The position numbers were made by a program, and so were the translations under genes. Shown piece after piece: positions 54,701 to 63,700 of a stretch of DNA of 64,000 nt. A model generated the notes under the pieces. The model searched no databases and was not told where the DNA came from. It was given only the letters and a program-made list of their open reading frames with translations. This DNA is from Mizuhopecten yessoensis. Taxonomy: Eukaryota. The stretch covers positions 81,492 through 145,491 of the forward strand of contig NW_018407846.1 of assembly GCF_002113885.1 (NCBI RefSeq), given 5' to 3'. Positions within the stretch are counted from its first letter, which is position 1, and every line of letters begins with the position of its first letter.

Positions 54701-57700
54701 GGTTACAAAAAATTGTGAGTAACAGTTGACTGTTATCATACACACTGACATGAATATGTACAATTTAACTATCTTTATCTATATAAATCAAGTAGGTGAT
54801 ACTATTCAATCTTGGTGCATTATAGGAAAGTTAATTTTAGAACAGAAATGATTGTGGCATTTTAAATTAAAAAAAAAATACGTGACAAGTGGATACATGA
54901 CATTAATTGATGGGTTATTTTTCTGATTTATGCCTAAAAAAAATCTGATTTATGCCTATGTTTTTTTATGTATGCCTATGTTTTTTTTCTGATTTATGCC
55001 TATGATTTTCAGGGACTTAAGCCGTTGAACCTGTTCAAGGTTGCGGAGGAATTCTTCACCTCACTAGGTCTTCTAGAAATGCCACAATCATTTTGGGAAG
55101 ACTCTATGATCGTTAAGCCTGAGGATCGCGATGTCATGTGCCACGCGTCTGCCTGGGATTTCCATAATGGCAAAGATTTCAGGTAACACAAAAACGACCC
55201 GGTGTATCGATTACCAATATTTTAATACAGTTATCATATCTCTTCTCCCTATCGAGGAAGACTTAATGTAAAATAAATAAAAATAAATATATGATATTCA
55301 ACGGAAAACCATTAAATAATCTGTGTGTATTTCATTTTGCAGCGTATTTCCCTATTAAACACTAGCAAAACTCTCGTATGTTAGCTATGATTGTAAACCA
55401 TCTGTCCACATTGATGATGTCATTATGATTGTTCGTAATCGTAGATATTCTGCAAACCACAGTCCAATCGTAGAATTTGTACACTGTAAATGTTATTAGA
55501 CGTAAAGGCGTACTTTTAATGTATATATTTAACTTTGTTTATATTTAGCATTCATAATCAATAATCTACAGCGCGTTCAATACTTATAACAATTGGTAGA
55601 ACATATGCTTTCACTTTCATAGTCATTTAGCTCAACGAATTTGAATGATCACACAAAATGATAATATCCGTGTATGTCAGAATATTTCATTAATAGACGG
55701 TAAATCGGGACTCTTTCGCCCATCTTACCGGTAAAGTCTATATCACCCCTGTGTTTATAAAATAAAAGCGTAACGCTAATTAAGATTAACTATGCATTAA
55801 AACTAAAAAGTAAAATAAAAGGCATTGTTTTATGTAGAATTAAGATGTGTACAAAAGTTGACATGGAGGATTTGATGACTATCCACCACGAGATGGGACA
55901 CATTCAGTACTTCCTACAGTACAAGGACCTCCCGATATCCTTCAGGAACGGAGCAAACAATGGTTTTCATGAAGCTGTCGGAGATGTCATGGAACTTTCC
56001 GTCTCAACACCAGAACATCTACGCAAAATCGGTTTCCTTGACAACGTTGTACATGATTCAGGTCTGTATCGTTGTAAAGGCATTATTTTAAGATTTAAAT
56101 ATTAAAATAGTTTGAACTGGGACTCTAGATCTCAAAACAAAGACAGTAACCACAACCAAAATGAATAAACTTGTGTACAGTTAACGCTTATTATAACAGG
56201 AAAAGTTAAATATAAGCAGTCAGTCATTCATAAATGTATTGTGGACCTTTGCAATCTGCATATGCATAACTTAAAAAACGATATCCTGATTGTTCAAGCC
56301 CACATGATAGTTATCACTTTATGGACGTTTTCTGTTGGTGTTTAGTATTTGGTATGATAGTTATCACTTTATGGAGGTTTTCTGTTGGTGTTTAGTATTT
56401 GGTATGATAGTTACACTTTATTGAAGTGTTCTGTTGGTGTTTAGTATTTGGTATGATAGTTATCACTTTATGGAGGTTTTCTGTTGGTGTTTAGTATTTG
56501 GTATGATAGTTATCACTTTATGGAAGTGTTCTGTTGGTGTTTAGTATTTGGTATTATAGGTATCACTTTATGGAAGTTTTCTGTTGGTGTTTAGTATTTG
56601 GTATGATAGTTATCACTTTATTGAAGTGTTCTGTTGGTGTTAAGTATTTGGTATGATAGTTATCACCTTGTGGAAGTTTTCTTTTGGTGTTTAGTATTTG
56701 GTATGATAGTTATCACTTTATTGAAGTTTTCTGTTGGTGTTTAGTATTTGGTATGATAGTTATCACTTTATTGAAGTGTTCTGTTGGTGTTTAGTATTTG
56801 GTATGATAGTTATCACCTTATGGAAGTTTTCTTTTGGTGTTTAGTATTTGGTATGATAGTAATCACTTTATGGAAGTTTTCTGTTGGTGTTTAGTATTTG
56901 GTATGATAGTTTTCACCTTATGGAAGTTTTCTGTTGGTGTTTAGTATTTGGTATGATTTTCTTGTTGCTGTTAATAAACAAAAAATATTTCAATTCTTAT
57001 TGTGTGCTTGTAAATTGCGATTGTTTTCAGATAGCGATATCAACTTCCTAATGTCCATGGCCTTGAAAAAGATAGCGTTCCTTCCATTCGGATATATGAT
57101 CGACCAATGGCGTTGGAGTGTTTTTAGTGGAGAGACAACTCCAGAAGAATACAACGAAAAATGGTGGCAGCTAAGGTGAGTAAAATCTATATGCCGTTAA
57201 GATAATGAGATTCCGCTTACCGACTTATTTCCTACAATGAATCGAAAGCGGCGACTTATGTGGGGCCCATTTAAATCGGGTTTTCTTTGTTTCTTCCACT
57301 AGAAAGATACGCAGAAGAGACAACAATCGATTGCTTTACGCATTGCAGAATTTGGAATCTGTTATTGTACTTTCCTTCCTACCTACTCTTTCTAAACGTA
57401 ACACTCCAAAAATACATGTAACAGACACTGTAGTTCTTGCTTGCATTAACGTAGCTGCTACGTTTATCTAGAGCGTCGAATAATGATCACGGAAGTTTGA
57501 AAATGTCTCGCATCAGCAATGGTAGTTGTGGAGTGTCTTGTTCTTAATCAATTATTATTTATACTCATGTATCGTCTTTGCCTTTGCAACAGCGTAAGGT
57601 CATAGTGGTAAGGTCAATGTGTGGTGCTAAACATAACACCCGGAACACATGTTAATATGTATATTAACATCGATATGCAGTAACAAGCAACTATTTTATA

Positions 57701-60700
57701 TAATAGGTGTAAATTACAAGGGATGTCGCCTCCAATCGCTAGGACTTCAGATGACTTTGACGCAGGGGCCAAGTACCACGTCGCGTCCAACACTGCCTAC
57801 ATCAGGTGAAAGGTGTATTTGTTATGTGATTAGAATGTTATCTATTGAACGCTTTGTCCAAACATCAACAATTAGGAAATGGGAGGGGTGGGGCAGTTAA
57901 GTCAAAATATGTTGGAAGTTCTTTAAATAACTACTTACTGTTGTATAGTGGGCCCTATTCAAATGAAGGGGACCTCATGTTCAAATATCAACAATTAGGA
58001 AATGGGAGGGTGGGGCAGTTAAAGTCGAAAATATATTGGAAGTTCTTTAAATAATTACTTACTGTTGTATATTGGGCCCTATTCAAATGAAGAGGACCTT
58101 CTCTCTACCTCTTAATATTGTTACCGTTTCTGTATGTTGAGATGGGAGGATAACAAAACATTCATGTGACTTAAACGTTTAAAATAAACGTTGCAACAGT
58201 CTTTTTGGCCTACAACATGTATTGATGGGACTTAAATGGTCTGTTTTAGGTACTTTATTAGTTTTGTGATACAGTTTCAATTCCATAAGGCCTTATGTAC
58301 TGCCGCGGGGAAAACAGGTCCTTTACACCGATGTGACATCTACCAGTCAAGAGAAGCAGGTAAACTCTTAGGGTAAGTGAAATAGTATATACTTCAATAT
58401 GCTGGAACACAAAAATACTTCACCTTAAAAACAGGCAAATATACACTTCCTTATACTTTTGATCATCAATTAGATTAGTTAATGTAGGATAACTTAAATC
58501 ATCCGACGGGAAATTGTAATAGCTGAAATAGGCCACTGTGGGCCATTTGTATATGTCCATTATAAGGCAGTTTCACCACGAGTGACTTAGTGATATTAAT
58601 AATAATGTAGTAGTCATATAATTTTCGCAAAAGATCTAACAATTTCCAGAACTCGTTCAAATTATTGTATTGCACGAACAATAAAATATAGCAAATAGGA
58701 CGAAAATTATTTCTTGTAATTGTAATGGTTCAAGAGATCTAACTATGTTATTGTTGAGTTATTGACAGTATGGTTAATAAAGGACGAGTCATGATATATA
58801 TTTGATATATCATTGACAACATGTGATACTGATTAGATATCTCATTGACAACATGTCGTTTTTATTAGATACATCGTTGACAACAAGTCGTATTTATTTG
58901 ATATATCATTGACAACAAGTCGTATTTATTTGAGATATCATTGACAACAAGTCGAACTGATTATGTATATCCTTGAAAACAAATCGTACTGATTAGATAT
59001 CTCATCGACAACATGTCGTATTTATTTGATATATCATTGACAACATGTGGTACTAATTAGATATATCATTGACAACATGTGGTACTAATTAGATATATCA
59101 TTGACAACATGTGGTACAAATTAGATATATCATTGACAACATGTCGTTTTTATTAGATATATCATTGACAACAAGTCGTACTGATTATATATATCATTGA
59201 CAACATGTCGTACTGATTCGATATCTAATTGACAACATGTCATACTGATTAGCTATACCATTGACAAAATGTCGTATTTATTAGATATCCCATTGGCAAC
59301 ATGTCGAATTTTTTAGATATCCCATTGGAAACATGTCGTATTTATTAGATAAAATCAATGACAACAAGTCTTACATATAGGATATCTCATTGACAACATC
59401 TCGTTTTTGTAAGATATACCATTGACAACATGTCGTTTTTTTTTAATATATCATTGACAACATGTGGTACTGATAATATATCTCATCGACAACATGTCGT
59501 ATTTATTTGATATATCATTGACAACAAGTCAAACTGATTATGTATATCATTGACAACAATTCGTACTGATTAGATATCTCATCGACAACATGTCGTATTT
59601 ATTTGATATATAATTGACAACAAGTCGTACTGATTATATATCTCATTTACAACATGTACTGATTAGCTATACCGTTGCCAACATGTACTGATTCGATATC
59701 TAATGACAACAAGTCAAACTGATTATATATCTCATTGACAACAAGTCGTACTGATTATATATATATTTGACAACATGTCGTACTATTTCGATATCTAATT
59801 GACAACAAGTCGTACTGATTATATATCTCATTGACAACATGTCGTTTTAATTATATACATCATTGACAACATGTCGTACTGATTTGCTATACAATTGACA
59901 AAATGTCGTATTTATTACATATCTCATTGGCAACATGTCGTATTTATTATATATGTCATCGACAACATGTCGTATTTATTACATATCTCATTGGCAACAT
60001 GTCGTATTTATTATATATCTCATTGACAACATCTCGTATTTATTAGATATATCATTGACAATATGTGGTACTATTAATGTCTCATCGACAACATGACTTA
60101 CTGAATACATATTTCATTGACAGCATTTTTCATTGATAGCATATCTTACTGGCAACATATTTGACAATTTATCATATGTACAATATATTTGATGGACGAT
60201 ATGAATAGCTGATTACATTGGCGTTACGCAATGTCTCTGAATAACATTATATGTATTGACAGCATATCTGATTGAGGTAATTTCAGATTGACAACATGAC
60301 TCGCTGATACATATTAAATCAAAACTGTTGTGTTATTTTTTTCGGATATACAGAGATATGTTGGCAATGGGTTCATCGCAACCTTGGCAGGAGGCCATGG
60401 AAAAGATTACAGGTCAGCGAGAAATGAATGCTGAACCACTGATGGAATATTTCAAGCCGCTTACTGATTGGTTGAGAGAACAGAATCAGAACGATACGAT
60501 TGGCTGGACTGACGAGTGTCCTCAGGACGAACCAGAGCTAATCAACGATGCTGAGTTAGCCAAAGAATTCCTTTTGAATTATGACAATGAGGTACAAGAA
60601 ATGGACGCATTCTATATGTCTGCCTACTGGAATTACGTCACAAATATCACTGATTACAACCAGCAAAAACAGGTAGGTATTTACAAAGTTCATAGAACTC

Positions 60701-63700
60701 ATCTGACTACATGCGGCCTTTATCAAGACATTTGTTCCATTCCCTTTTTGTTTCATTCAGTGATATTATGCCAATCAACAAGTTAGGGAAGTTACTTTCA
60801 TACACTTCATATTTATAAGATTTTCTACAGCAACGAAATATCAGTATGCTCATTGGGCAAGAAGTACAATTTTACCCTAATGTAAAATGTTTAAATAAAC
60901 GCCAGCTTTAACTGTTGACAGGAGTCAAATGAGCTATGACGATTAAAAGCTTTGAAAAATTATTTTCCTCAGTTTAAAAATGTCTTTATTCAACAACCAT
61001 ATAGTTGTATATATTGTTTAGGCCTGAAAAGACAAAAAATATTACGACTCCATAATTTCCCTGGGGTCCTGCCTATACTTTGACGACACTTAGTCCAATG
61101 TCATAACTAGGAAACGGCGTTACCAGTTTGGTTTTGCAGAACATGCAGAAAATTGGACATGGTTAAGGGGGCGTTACATGGGAAGAATATATATCCGCTA
61201 CATATAGCCATATAAATAAATAAACGTGTCTTAGTGATATTTCTTCATCGTTGATCCTTAGGATTTGACATTTGCGTTAAAGCACATGTGCCACAAAGAT
61301 GGCAGTTTTAGCGTTTAAGTCAGTTCCTTGAAAGTTCGTCAAACTTAAATATTTTTTTCTAGAAAGAATAACTGGACAAAGATAATTAAACCCTAACTGG
61401 AATAGAGATCTTGAAAGCCGGATCCAAAAATACTGACAAAATATTATCATTGAACGTATTATTGCATATTTTCTCCATATTACTTAAGTACATAGGGGAG
61501 TGACACAGGCCCTCTCAGCTACCTTTTAATTGATAATTAAAGCAAGTTTATATCAGATTTATTTTTTGTTTTTAATAGGTTGAGGCAAACCTTATAGCAT
61601 CAGATTTCAGTAGAAATGCTGCTCTCAATGGTTCCTTGTTCAACTGGAAAACTTTACCCGACCCGCTGATGAGGAAACAGTTTGCCAGTTTAGTTGACAA
61701 AGGTACCTCCTTAAAAGACAAAGAGAAGACCAAGGAGGTACATAAGCTTGGTTATGCAGATATTTATTTTAACCTAAATATTATATTTTCATATAAGTTA
61801 TAATGAGGTTACTGTATGAACACACTGCAGTTTCTAAATGCTGCACAATGAGATTCCTATATGATATATATCACTACATGTATATGATAAATTTAATTTA
61901 ATTATCTAATAATATTCATATAAGATTTCTATATGATCTTTGAATCATTTAAGCTACACCGTATACAATATAATGTTATCTCTAGGATAATTTTACTTGA
62001 ACAAAACAAATATTAATAAATGATGGTTAAAGTATAATGCCTCTTCTCTAGGTAATAACAGGAGTAATACCATACGATGTCGATATGCTATGCAATACGA
62101 TTTCCGGATGATATATAATAATACTATATATGTATTACACAATAACATTTCGATGTGACAAAAATTATAAATTATATATATTAGACAGTTCCATTTTCTA
62201 TATGCTATACAATGCAATTATTTCTTATACAATAATGCAACAAACTGTTTTATGCCAAACTGAGCAAAAGCAAAATGCTATTTGGACAATATTGTCATTT
62301 CTCTTACTATCGGGACATGGTATAAATTACAATTGTTGAAGTGTCAGTATGATTTAAATTCTTTGTTATTTACTCCCTATTTAGACAGAGCTTACAGCTG
62401 TTCAGAGTGGCGGAATTGGATTTAAATGAAATCTTGTAGACTGTTACACAATTATATATATTTCTACACCAGAAATTAGATTGTTATAGATGATTTAGCT
62501 GATGGACTGTTGGTGGGCGAATTCCCCTATATGCATCTCGAAGCCATGTTCATTGCGACAGGATTGATGTTGCTATATGAATGTGAATTTTTGCTTAACA
62601 ACATTTTACAGCTCTGCTTCTAAACTGAATGAATCTATTTATAATGATTATGATAATAAACACTTAATGGATTTATGATTAACTCAGCGCAGCAACGTGA
62701 TGGCAAAACTCAAATCCATTTACGCCAAAGCCAAAGCTTGCCTTACAAAGGACAGATGTCTGAAAATGGAGCCAGGTAAGATATGATGATCTTCAGTTAG
62801 GCTTTTGTTTGTTGATTTTCAAATTAGTTAGTTTTAGTAAAGTACCGATCTCTACCGCTTTTTAAAGATATCTCTTGCAAGTTAAATTATCCTGCAATGT
62901 TATAACACAGAACGTAACTTTGTTTACCACCTGATATGAGTAGATAATGTGTTACTTCCAGCAATCAATTATGCTTGTCCATCGTGAAATCTTATATGTT
63001 ACCTATATATGTGTAGCGCTTGCGAGCAGAAATGTTGGTAATGGCTGTCGATGGAAGCCACATAATAACCAGTACTGCATATATGAATCGATGATTGACT
63101 TGCTAATACTTTGGCTACTCTGATGGTACCGTCTAGTTGATCTCGTGTTTGGTACAGTAAGTATGTAACAAAAGTGGAGTGATGAAAAGTGAAAACCAGC
63201 ACCACTAACCTTCAACTTATGTCTTCCACTTATCGAGGGTGCTCGAACGGCACTGTGTGGTATGTTTTATATTTATGCGATTAGTATTGTTGCTTACATT
63301 TTTTCAAGATAACTATCAATACATGTATTACAAAAATGCTTTCATGTCTGTATTTTTGTATTTATCATTTAATTTATATAGTCTGAAAGGCCTTTGTTAA
63401 TAAATATTTAGCTTTATATTGCACTGAAAAAGTTTGATTCAAAGTGGGTTTTCACTTATTTCTTAGACTTGAATGTGCTGATGGCAACGTCAAGAGATCA
63501 GGAAGAGCTTTTACAGGGCTGGAAGTCATGGAGAAATGCTACAGGGCCCAAAATGAAAAACCATTATGCTAGATTTGTGGAGCTAAGTAATGAGGGAGCG
63601 AAGGAAAATGGTAAATTTATAAAGTTATACTGAAGGAACTTTAGGCACATCATATATGTTAATCTTCACTTCGTTCTGGAAACATGAAATTTGATAGGGA

